Assembly: GCA_002069945.1 (NCBI GenBank)
Contig: MWCH01000001.1
Span: 90,923 to 154,922, forward strand
Direction: 5' to 3'
DNA from: Microgenomates group bacterium ADurb.Bin219
GTDB lineage: Bacteria > Patescibacteriota > Microgenomatia > UM-FILTER-40-11
Length of the DNA stretch: 64,000 bases
Position numbers and translations under genes: made by a program. How positions within the stretch are numbered: the first letter of the stretch is position 1; each line of letters starts with the position of its first letter. The notes beneath the pieces were generated by a model, which worked only from the letters and a program-made list of their open reading frames with translations, was not told the origin of the DNA and did no database searches. Positions 30,482 through 38,570 of the stretch are shown piece after piece.

Positions 30482-31026
30482 AAAAACAACTTGCCGGTTT
30501 TACTTTACGGCTGACAGTTTTTTTACTGTTTACCGTTTATTATTTACTGTTCATCACTCCCATCCGGGCCGTTTGTCCGGTCTGCACCGTCGCGGTTGGC
30601 GGCGGTTTACTTATTTCCCACTACCTCGGAGTGGACGATTTAATTGCCGGAGTTTGGATCGGAGGATTGATTTTATCTTTTGGTTTGTGGACGGGATCTT
30701 CCCTGAAGAGAAAATATTTTAAGTATCAGGAGTGGTTTTGGACGGCCGGATTGTGGATAATGACCATCTTTGGGTTAAAACAAGCGGGATTTATCGGCCA
30801 CCCAACCTGTAAAATTCACGGCCACGACAAGTTGCTTTCGGGCATCGTTTTTGGCACCATTGCTTTTGTTTTGGGATTTTTGTTGGACTTATTTTTAAGG
30901 AAAATGAATAAGACCAATAAAGGGAAAGCTCTTTTTCCTTATCAGAAAGTAATTTCTCCCTTAATATTTTTAATCTTGGCAACCGTTTTTTCGGCTCAAC
31001 TTTGTCGGTTGGGTCTTAAACCATGA
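30478..31026 (+). CDS. Hypothetical polytopic membrane protein (182 aa) with a CPVC motif and a His-rich loop
   Basis: Four or five hydrophobic helices. AVCPVCTVAV at the end of TM1, and HPTCKIHGHD in a later loop. The start overlaps the rpsI stop (translational coupling). Confidence 0.5.
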   Translation: MKKQLAGFTLRLTVFLLFTVYYLLFITPIRAVCPVCTVAVGGGLLISHYLGVDDLIAGVWIGGLILSFGLWTGSSLKRKYFKYQEWFWTAGLWIMTIFGLKQAGFIGHPTCKIHGHDKLLSGIVFGTIAFVLGFLLDLFLRKMNKTNKGKALFPYQKVISPLIFLILATVFSAQLCRLGLKP

Positions 31027-31535
31027 AAGACGAAATTAAAATTCAGCAATTATTGGCCAAAGTGAAAACAGTGGAAAAGGGGGAGAAACTTGATCTTTCT
31101 TCGGCCGAAGATCTTTCCATTGCGGTCATGAATTTAATTTCCATTGAGGAACATTTATTCTTTTCCGGCGCCAAAACCGGTGATGATAAATATTACGATC
31201 TTTTAAATGAGATTCGGGAGATGCGCAAATCCTTATTAAAAAATATCATTAAGGATTATCAGGGAGAAGATTGGTGCATTTCCAAACACTTGTTGGCCGG
31301 CTGTATGAGATTGATGGAGGTTGGGACGAAAAGTCTTTCCGCGGGAAATAAAAAAGAGGCTCAAAATTATTTCAAAATGGCTTATTCGCTTTACAATCTT
31401 TTTTGGGGCCTTAATTTAAAACTGGTAAATTCTTCCGAATTGAAAAAAGCCAAGTTCGACCCTGATGCGGCCAAAGGCTTTGTTGGAAAATTGGGAGAAA
31501 TTATCAAAAAGGCAATTGATTGCTGTCGGGAATAA
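31023..31535 (+). CDS. Hypothetical soluble protein (170 aa)
   Basis: ORF overlapping the upstream membrane-protein stop by 4 nt. No recognisable motifs. Confidence 0.4.
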   Translation: MKDEIKIQQLLAKVKTVEKGEKLDLSSAEDLSIAVMNLISIEEHLFFSGAKTGDDKYYDLLNEIREMRKSLLKNIIKDYQGEDWCISKHLLAGCMRLMEVGTKSLSAGNKKEAQNYFKMAYSLYNLFWGLNLKLVNSSELKKAKFDPDAAKGFVGKLGEIIKKAIDCCRE

Positions 31536-31557
31536 TCTCCTTTTTCTAGAAAAATTT

Positions 31558-32876
31558 ATGGCGATTTTTCTTTTCTTTTTTTCTTTGTTTTTAAGACTTT
31601 ATCATTTTCCGGAAATTGAATTTAAACTGGACGAATCTTTAGCGGTTTTAAAGGCAAGCCAATACTGGTTAACCGGAAAATTACCCTTAAGCGGTTTGGT
31701 TTCCAGTACCTTAGCCAGGAATCCGCCTTTGTTTATTTATCTTTTGTCGCCTTTAACCATCATCTCGTCGGATCCGCTTTTCTTGACCTTCTTCTTTGCT
31801 TTATCGGGCAGCCTGGCCGTTTGGCTTCTTTACCGGTTATTAAAAAAATTTTCTTCCACTTGGGCATTTTTTTCGTCAATCTTGTTTGCCACTTCCGCCT
31901 GGCCGGTTCTTTTTTTCGGAAGATTTGGGCGCAAAATCTTTTACCCCTGTTTTCAATAATGATTATTTATTTGGCCTCGCGGTTGGCAACCAGGAAGGAC
32001 GGAAAAACGGTTTTTTTGCTGGTGGTTTTATCTTTTTGGTCATTTCAAATTCATTTTTCCGGTATTTTAACTATTCCCTGCCTCATTCTTCTCTTTATTT
32101 TTTTACGGGTAAGAAATTTTAAACAAATTATTGGCGGATTATTGGTTGGACTTCTTCCTTTAACGCCGTATTTACTTGAACAAAATCGATCTGGTTTTCG
32201 CGACCTGGCCTTACTTTTTTCCAGCTAGCAGGGAGGATATTTTGATTTTCACTCTTTTATCACTCCCTTTCGTATCGGTTCCGGTTTTTATTTTGCCCGG
32301 GTATTGGGAGCCGATTATTTTGAGTTTTTTTCAACCTTACCTTTCAGACAATTGATCTTGCCGGTTTTTAATTTGATGACTTTATTGGTTGGAATAGGAT
32401 TGCCTTTTTCCTTTTTTAAAGGAAAGAAAACGCTGGTTTTTAATTTCTTTTTTCTTTTGATGATGCTGGTTTCTTTTTTAAGCCGGCGGCCGGCCATGCC
32501 TTTTTACGAAGAACTGTATTTTCCGTTAATTTTTATTTTTGCCGGTTTGGCATTAACGCAATTGTCCGCAATTTCCCGATACGGTCGATTATTTAGCGGA
32601 ATTTTTGTTTCTTTAATTGTTTTTGCCAATCTTGTTTTTCTTTTTCATTTTTATCGTTTTGTTCATCTTAAGCAGCAAATCCAGGGAGATTACGGTTTGG
32701 TTTATTCCCAAAAAAAGGTTTTAATTGATCAATTCGTTAATCGATATCGGCTAGAGTCGGAGGAAAAAAGGGTTCGCTTGTACGGCCAGGTAATTTTCAG
32801 CAATTATTTTTACGATACCGAAAAAAAAACTATTTTCCTAATAAAGAGCTTTTGTCGCTGGTCAATTATGAATTAA
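31558..32876 (+). pseudogene. Disrupted GT-C (ArnT/PMT, GT39/GT83-like) membrane glycosyltransferase
   Basis: The N-terminus FLRLYHFPEIEFKLDESLAVLKASQYWL matches the GT39/ArnT first-loop DE motif. A frame-1 to frame-0 switch occurs near 31920-31935 (homopolymer-rich), and an in-frame TAG at 32226-32228 separates two same-frame fragments. The whole region is hydrophobic and polytopic. Confidence 0.55.
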
Positions 32877-33301
32877 ACAATTTTCAGCTCTTGGGCAACT
32901 TTGGGGTCCAGCGAAGTGGTGAAAAGATTTTTTAATTCCGTCGGGTTGACCCAGACGACTTCGGTGATTTCTTCCGGTTCGGACGGTTTTTGTATCGGCT
33001 GGCTTTCTTCCAATTGGCAAAGGTGGTAAGCGGCCAAAATAGGCAAGTCGGGATGAACACGCAAAGAAAGTTCTTTAACCGCCTTAACCTTATAACCCGT
33101 CTCGACCAAAATTTCCCTGACAACACATTCGGATCGGGATTCGTTGCTTCTTTGTCTGCCGCCCGGAAACGCCCACTTGAGGATTTTATCTCCCCTTACT
33201 TTTTCTTCTACCGTTCTTTTAACGACCAAAACTTCGCCTTTATCGTTGAGGACGATTCCGAGGTTGATAAAATTTTTACTTTCTCTGACCGGTTCTTCCA
33301 T
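32873..33301 (-). CDS. NUDIX hydrolase (142 aa)
   Basis: Nudix box GGRQRSNESRSECVVREILVETGY (GX5EX7REUXEEXGU). Confidence 0.8.
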   Translation of the reverse strand: MEEPVRESKNFINLGIVLNDKGEVLVVKRTVEEKVRGDKILKWAFPGGRQRSNESRSECVVREILVETGYKVKAVKELSLRVHPDLPILAAYHLCQLEESQPIQKPSEPEEITEVVWVNPTELKNLFTTSLDPKVAQELKIV

Positions 33302-33308
33302 CCGTAGT

Positions 33309-33336
33309 ATTTTACCAGAAATTTATTTAATGGTAA
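33309..33336. promoter_or_regulatory. Operator-like inverted repeat TTTACCA-N14-TGGTAAA in the NUDIX/mltG divergent promoter region
   Basis: Perfect 7-bp arms at 33309-33315 and 33330-33336. Confidence 0.3.
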
Positions 33337-33346
33337 ACTAAGGCTG

Positions 33347-34375
33347 ATGAAATTTATTAAAACGGTAATTTACGGGGGAGTTTTACTTTGTTTCGGGATT
33401 GCTTTTTTTTGGTTTTACCATCAATTTAGGGGTACGTCGGAAAAGGGTTCGAGCCAGAGGTTTATTATCGGGCTCAATACGACCAACGGGCAACTGGCGG
33501 ACGATCTACAAAATAAGGGCTTTATCAAAAACAAAAAACTTTTTTGGATATTTCTCAATGTTGTCTGTCGGCAAAGGAAAACTTGTTTAAAAGGAGATCC
33601 AAAATTGGAGCCCGGTGCATATTTGATTTCCCAGAAAATGAATCTTTATCAATTGGCCGGGACTTTGGCTTACGGTCCATTTCAGAAATGGGTTTTGATT
33701 CCGCCGGGAAAAAGAAAGGAGCAAACCGCCTTAATTTTACAGAAGGCCTTAAATTGGTCCGATCAAATTGTCCTTTCTTTTATTAACGAAGCCGAAGAGG
33801 GATATTTATTTCCGGATACTTATTTGATTGATATTGACGCCGATCCCCAACAGGTTGTCCAAAAATTGCTTAACAATTTTAACGAAAAATTTGATGCTCA
33901 GTTGCAAAAAGATTTATTGGCCAATAATATTCGTAACGACACGGCTTTAAAAATTGCCTCTTTGGTGGAAAGAGAAAGCGGCGGCGACGAAGACAAGCCT
34001 TTAATTGCCGGTATTATTTGGAATCGGGTGGAAAAGAAAATGAGGTTGGAGATTGATGCTACGGTTCAGTATGCCATCGTTTCTCAACAGATTGCTACTC
34101 TAGCCGCCAGTTATCAGCCGCCAACAGCCGACTTTAATTTTTGGCCGATTTTGGGTCCCGGTATAGTCAGGACAATTGACTCGCCTTATAATACCTATCG
34201 GATTAAGGCTTTACCGCCCGGACCGATTTGTTCTCCTGGCCTTTCTTCGCTTAAGGCGGTAGCTTATCCGGCGGAAACCGACGCCTTATATTATCTTCAT
34301 TCCGGCGATAAACAAATTCATACGGCCAAAACCTATAAAGAACACCTGGAAAATATAAAAAAATATCTGGAATAA
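33347..34375 (+). CDS. mltG: MltG/YceG-family endolytic murein transglycosylase (paralog 2)
   Basis: N-terminal transmembrane anchor, DATVQYAIVS, and the same Pro/Gly-rich C-terminal motifs as the 343..1419 copy. Confidence 0.75.
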   Translation: MKFIKTVIYGGVLLCFGIAFFWFYHQFRGTSEKGSSQRFIIGLNTTNGQLADDLQNKGFIKNKKLFWIFLNVVCRQRKTCLKGDPKLEPGAYLISQKMNLYQLAGTLAYGPFQKWVLIPPGKRKEQTALILQKALNWSDQIVLSFINEAEEGYLFPDTYLIDIDADPQQVVQKLLNNFNEKFDAQLQKDLLANNIRNDTALKIASLVERESGGDEDKPLIAGIIWNRVEKKMRLEIDATVQYAIVSQQIATLAASYQPPTADFNFWPILGPGIVRTIDSPYNTYRIKALPPGPICSPGLSSLKAVAYPAETDALYYLHSGDKQIHTAKTYKEHLENIKKYLE

Positions 34376-34443
34376 AATTGGCAAAGAAGCATTTTTGGCC
34401 GCTTAATTAATTATTAAAAGTTAATATATAACGAGGAGGTAAT

Positions 34444-35496
34444 ATGAGCGAAACCGTTAACAAACCTTCTGTCGAGCAACAAATTGCCGGTTATCGCCAA
34501 TTTGCCGAAGAACAAGCGAAAGAGGGTTATCGTGTAGGAGAAAAGGTTTTAAAACAGCTTGAGGAAGAATCCCAAAAAAGATTGGCGGTCAAAGAATCTC
34601 CCGGGAAAAAGATTTTGATTATTGATTGTTCCGAGGGAATCGGGCTTGGTCCATTGACGATGATTGCCGACCAGCGGCTTACCGGAGCCAACTGCCGGGT
34701 AATTGATATTGATAAAAATCAGGAGTTGCCGACTGATTTAACCGATGTTGCCGGAGTTATTATTACCGGCTCTCCGGCGGATACAAACGAGAAAGAAGCA
34801 AAAAAGTGGATTGGCCAATTGGAAAAATTTATCCAAGAAGCAAGCAACAAAGTTCCGGTTCTTGGAATTTGCTTTGGAATGCAGGCGGAAATGGAGGCTA
34901 CAGGCAGGGAAATAATTAATCTTAAAAAAGTTGACGAGAGAGGAAGACCGAGACCGGCCGGAAATAGAAAGAGCAGTAACTGGGGTTTGAATAAAGTCTC
35001 TCTTTGGCTTGATAAACAATCTCCCCATCGGGATCATCCTCTTTTCCGCGGTTTAAAATTTCAAGAAGATAAGGAAAGGAATAGGTCTTGTGTTTTTGAT
35101 GTGCCTGTTCATCATTCCTACAGTCTAAAAATGCAAACGGGAACGGCGGAAACCGATCGTAAAAACCTCATTGGGGTCGAATATCCGGAAAACGCCGGTT
35201 ACGCAGGAATTAATATTAATGGTAATCTGATTGGTGTCCAATTTCATCCGGAAAGATTGACCGAAATTGGCTTCCTTTGCGCTTATACGGTGGCCCAGGT
35301 TACAGGAGAGGAGATTTTAAATAGCAAAGAAAGCTCTGAAGAAAAATTGAGACAATTGCAGGAATGGAAGGAGAGACTGGCCCAGCTTAAGCAATTTAAG
35401 GAAGAATGGATAGGCGGTCCCAAAAAGGAAGAAACTCCCCCGGGTTTAAAAATTCTTCAAAATTTTGTTAGCTTGGCCTTAGATGTAGAAAAATAA
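34444..35496 (+). CDS. Stand-alone class-I glutamine amidotransferase-like (GATase1 / peptidase C26-like) protein with a large insertion and a coiled C-terminal tail
   Basis: Nucleophile elbow VLGICFGMQ and His/Glu dyad GVQFHPE. Strong SD GAGGAGGT upstream. Confidence 0.7.
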   Translation: MSETVNKPSVEQQIAGYRQFAEEQAKEGYRVGEKVLKQLEEESQKRLAVKESPGKKILIIDCSEGIGLGPLTMIADQRLTGANCRVIDIDKNQELPTDLTDVAGVIITGSPADTNEKEAKKWIGQLEKFIQEASNKVPVLGICFGMQAEMEATGREIINLKKVDERGRPRPAGNRKSSNWGLNKVSLWLDKQSPHRDHPLFRGLKFQEDKERNRSCVFDVPVHHSYSLKMQTGTAETDRKNLIGVEYPENAGYAGININGNLIGVQFHPERLTEIGFLCAYTVAQVTGEEILNSKESSEEKLRQLQEWKERLAQLKQFKEEWIGGPKKEETPPGLKILQNFVSLALDVEK

Positions 35497-35497
35497 T

Positions 35498-36400
35498 TTA
35501 GGATTTGTGGAGAAATAGATTAAGGCTCGGCTTGTTTATCGTTTTCTCTGGTTTTATTAATTCGTTTAAAATATCGTTGAGCTTAGATTCTGGGAAAAGA
35601 TCTTTGGGAAAAATTTTTATTAGTCTTAGATCATTCTTCTTGATAATTTTTAATTTCTTCATCATTAATTTATCATAAGTTTTAAGCGCACCGGTTAACC
35701 CGAAAAATTCAATAAAGATGTCATTAACTTTGAAATCTGCGGTGAATAAGGTATTTAAATATTTAGCGTTTTTTAAGTGAAAGATTTTTTTGGAGAAAAG
35801 CCAATCGTCAATTATTTTTTCAGACAGAGAATCGCAACGGTGACCATCTTTAGCCGTAAATTTTTTCGCAAATTTTACCGGATTGGGTTCAAATCCGGCC
35901 GCTAATACAGCTTTGTTCCAGGTTCCAAACCGAAATCTGGCAGCCTTCCAATGAAAATATTCTCTTTTAAAAGGAATTCTTCCTCTTCCTTTATAAAATT
36001 TTTTAATTTCTTGAATTATTTGCTCTTTGGGAATAATGGTCGTTTTAGGAAGACAAATAGACGAGCAATATTTTCTCCGTCCGGAAAAATAAGACCCACA
36101 ATTGGGGCAAATCTTTAATTTTGGTTTTCTTTTTCGTGACCTTTGGTTATTAACGACAGCGGCACAGGAACGGGAACAAAAACATATTTTTGATATAGAA
36201 ATTTCATGTAAAGATCTGAAAAATATTTTATTGCAGTTGGGATTTCCACATTGAAGCGAAACCATTGCTCTCTTGGCCAAGGAATGACAATTGCCGGAAC
36301 AATATTGTTTCCAGCCAAATTTTTTAGCTTCATTTATTCTTCTTAATTCTCTCGGAAAGATTTTTTTACAATAATCACAGGCTACTTCAACAATTGTCAC
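35498..36400 (-). CDS. Putative selfish or homing-type nuclease: three zinc ribbons, a homing-endonuclease-associated repeat and a DUF559/Vsr-like PD-(D/E)xK-type tail
   Basis: Three C-x2-C...C-x3-C ribbons (CDYCKK..CSGNC, CGNPNCNK..CSRSC, CPNCGSY..CSSIC). FGTWNKAVLAAGF matches the FGSWNnALkaAGL repeat. The C-terminus DSLSEKIIDDWL...ADFKVNDIFIEFFG resembles the DUF559 motif (T.aE..LW...vDF...iE.DG). Confidence 0.5.
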   Translation of the reverse strand: MTIVEVACDYCKKIFPRELRRINEAKKFGWKQYCSGNCHSLAKRAMVSLQCGNPNCNKIFFRSLHEISISKICFCSRSCAAVVNNQRSRKRKPKLKICPNCGSYFSGRRKYCSSICLPKTTIIPKEQIIQEIKKFYKGRGRIPFKREYFHWKAARFRFGTWNKAVLAAGFEPNPVKFAKKFTAKDGHRCDSLSEKIIDDWLFSKKIFHLKNAKYLNTLFTADFKVNDIFIEFFGLTGALKTYDKLMMKKLKIIKKNDLRLIKIFPKDLFPESKLNDILNELIKPEKTINKPSLNLFLHKS

Positions 36401-36443
36401 TAAGCCATAATACCAAATAAAACCCGAAGGTTACAATAAGCAA

Positions 36444-36470
36444 AAAAACCAGTTTGAAGCTGGTTTTTTT
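36444..36470. terminator. Bidirectional intrinsic terminator
   Basis: AAAAAAA-CCAGTTTGAAGCTGG-TTTTTTT: a perfect 6-bp stem flanked by A- and T-tracts. Confidence 0.6.
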
Positions 36471-36476
36471 GGCCTT

Positions 36477-36549
36477 TCGGAGGTGACGGTACTGCCCCGT
36501 CCGCCTCACGGACCCCATCCGTGCGTTCTACTATCTGAACTAACCTCCG
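36477..36549 (-). tRNA. tRNA-like cloverleaf, anticodon GGG (Pro) with U33 and G37, but non-canonical D-loop (no G18) and T-loop (GGCAGUA instead of TPsiCRA); atypical tRNA, tRNA pseudogene or tRNA-like element
   Basis: Manual fold of the minus strand gives CGGAGGU-UA-GUUC-AGAUAGUA-GAAC-G-CACGG-AUGGGGU-CCGUG-AGGCG-GACGG-GGCAGUA-CCGUC-ACCUCCG-A. All four stems are fully Watson-Crick. The plus-strand reading has C33, so the minus strand is preferred. No encoded CCA. Confidence 0.35.
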
Positions 36550-36645
36550 TAATAAATTTTTCCTTGTTGAATTTTATCATTTATTGTGGAAAAATTAAAA
36601 CGCTTTCGTTTTAATAATTTTTTCCTGCCCGGAAAGTGAATTGAT

Positions 36646-37725
36646 ATGGCCAATAAAGATAAAGATCCCAAAGAAGTCAATGAAGCCAAGATCTCCCCTA
36701 AAATTCAAGCCGTCCGCTTAGCGATGGAACAGATCGAAAAACAATACGGCAAGGGTTCCATAATGCGTCTAGGCGAACAGCCGGCCGATAGGTTAGCGAT
36801 AGACGTTATTCCAACCGGATCAATCGCCTTGGATATTGCTTTAGGGGTTGGCGGTGTTCCCCGGGGAAGAATTATTGAGATTTACGGTCCGGAAGCTTCG
36901 GGAAAAACAACGGTGGCTCTTTCCATTATTGCCCAGGCCCAAAAAACGGGCGGAACCGCCGCTTTTGTTGACGCGGAACACGCTTTGGATCCGATTTGGG
37001 CCCAGGAATTGGGAGTAAATTTGGACGATCTTTTGGTTTCCCAGCCGGATACGGGCGAGCAGGCTTTGGAAATTGTGGAAACCTTGGTTCGTTCCGGAGC
37101 GGTTGACGTCATCATTATTGATTCGGTGGCGGCTTTGGTTCCTCGGGCGGAGATTGAAGGCGAGATGGGCGATGCGATGTTGGGAGTTCAGGCAAGATTG
37201 ATGTCCCAGGCATTGCGGAAGTTGACGGGAGCGATTTCCAAATCAAAAACAGCGGTGATTTTTACCAACCAATTGAGGCAAAAAATCGGGATTATGTTCG
37301 GTAATCCGGAAGTAACTCCCGGAGGGTTGGCCCTTAAATTTTATTCTTCCGTCAGGTTGGATACCCGAAAGATTGAAAGCTTGAAGGAAGGCGATAATGT
37401 TGTCGGCTCCCGCCATCGGGTCAGAGTTGTCAAGAATAAAGTTTCCCCGCCTTTTAAAGTGGCGGAATTTGATATTTATGCCAAGGGAGGTATTTCCAAA
37501 ACTGGCGGGATTTTTGATGTTGCCTTGGAATTGGGAATTACCAGCAAGTCGGGCGCTTTTTTCCGCTACGGCGAAACCATGCTTGGCCAAGGCCGGGCTG
37601 CCGCCACGATGTTTTTGGAGGAAAACCCCAAAATTACCAAGGAAATTGAAGAAAAAATTTGGAAGTTTGTCAAAGAAGGCAAGGCAGTGGAAAAAAAGGT
37701 AATGGGCGAAGAAGCGGAAGAATAA
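36646..37725 (+). CDS. recA: Recombinase RecA
   Basis: GPEASGKTT Walker [11 protein letters not shown]1/L2 loops; 359 aa. An inverted repeat AAAACG-N4-CGTTTT lies about 45 nt upstream. Confidence 0.97.
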   Translation: MANKDKDPKEVNEAKISPKIQAVRLAMEQIEKQYGKGSIMRLGEQPADRLAIDVIPTGSIALDIALGVGGVPRGRIIEIYGPEASGKTTVALSIIAQAQKTGGTAAFVDAEHALDPIWAQELGVNLDDLLVSQPDTGEQALEIVETLVRSGAVDVIIIDSVAALVPRAEIEGEMGDAMLGVQARLMSQALRKLTGAISKSKTAVIFTNQLRQKIGIMFGNPEVTPGGLALKFYSSVRLDTRKIESLKEGDNVVGSRHRVRVVKNKVSPPFKVAEFDIYAKGGISKTGGIFDVALELGITSKSGAFFRYGETMLGQGRAAATMFLEENPKITKEIEEKIWKFVKEGKAVEKKVMGEEAEE

Positions 37726-37732
37726 TTTACCT

Positions 37733-38365
37733 GTGGCAATAGTTACCAAAATCAAGCTCCAAAAAACAAAAAAAAGGTTAAATATTTTTCTTGACGGTAA
37801 ATACGCTTTTAGCCTTTTGCCGGAAGAAGCGGTTAAAGAAAAAGTTAAAATTGGAGCGGAAATTTCTTCGGAAAAAATTCAAAGTCTTATCAAGGAGAGT
37901 GATTTTCAGGCCTCCTTGGAAAAAGCCTACAATTTTCTTTCTTTCCGGCCGCGTTCTTTGGCGGAAGTAACCGATTATTTGACCAAAAAAGGAATAGGAG
38001 AAGAAACAGGCAAGCAAGTAATTGACAAATTGAAGGAATTGCGGATGGTTGACGATTTGAAGTTTAGCCAATGGTGGTTGGAGCAAAGGCAGGCTTTTCA
38101 TCCGGTCGGGAAAAAACTATTGGCCTTGGAATTAAAAAAGAAAGGCATTGCTCGGGAAATTATTGACCGGGTCTTGGCCGACCAACGGGGAACCGATGAA
38201 ATCTTGACGGCCAGACAGCTTTTGTCAAAAAAGTCCGGTCGCTGGCAGAATTTAACTTTCGCGGAATTCAGGAAAAAAGCCGGCGATTTTCTTTTAAGGA
38301 GGGGTTTTTCCTGGGAGACGGTTAACAACCTGATAACCGAATTTAAGAAAGACTTTTCCGGTTGA
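37733..38365 (+). CDS. recX: RecA regulator RecX (GTG start)
   Basis: LDGKYAFSL...GAEIS.E....L.. and three-helix repeats, immediately downstream of recA. Confidence 0.75.
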   Translation: MAIVTKIKLQKTKKRLNIFLDGKYAFSLLPEEAVKEKVKIGAEISSEKIQSLIKESDFQASLEKAYNFLSFRPRSLAEVTDYLTKKGIGEETGKQVIDKLKELRMVDDLKFSQWWLEQRQAFHPVGKKLLALELKKKGIAREIIDRVLADQRGTDEILTARQLLSKKSGRWQNLTFAEFRKKAGDFLLRRGFSWETVNNLITEFKKDFSG

Positions 38366-38570
38366 AAAAAAGCCAAAAAGGAGTAGAATACCCTTATCTG
38401 ACTGAAAAACGGATTAAACCGCGAAAAACGGTTAATGAGCAGAAAATGAAATACTTGAATTTAATTTATCTTCTCTCGGGAAGCCTACAACTTAGGTAAT
38501 TCTTCCGTATCTTTCCGTCAGTTTTAAAATTGTAATTAAGGAGAGTCGCGCATGACGCGGCTAACAAGAA

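Noticed and set aside
32226-32228. In-frame TAG in the glycosyltransferase as stop-codon reassignment
   Set aside because: TAG, TGA and TAA all terminate well-conserved genes in this window (for example TGA ends miaA at 47387). Standard code 11 applies, so the TAG is a nonsense lesion.
36471-36550. Plus-strand reading of the cloverleaf as a tRNA
   Set aside because: The plus-strand fold puts C at position 33 and swaps the D- and T-arm geometry. Only the minus strand gives U33/G37.
37243-37755. 170-aa minus-strand ORF antisense to recA, and a 101-aa plus-strand ORF inside recA
   Set aside because: These are antisense or alternate-frame artefacts within recA.
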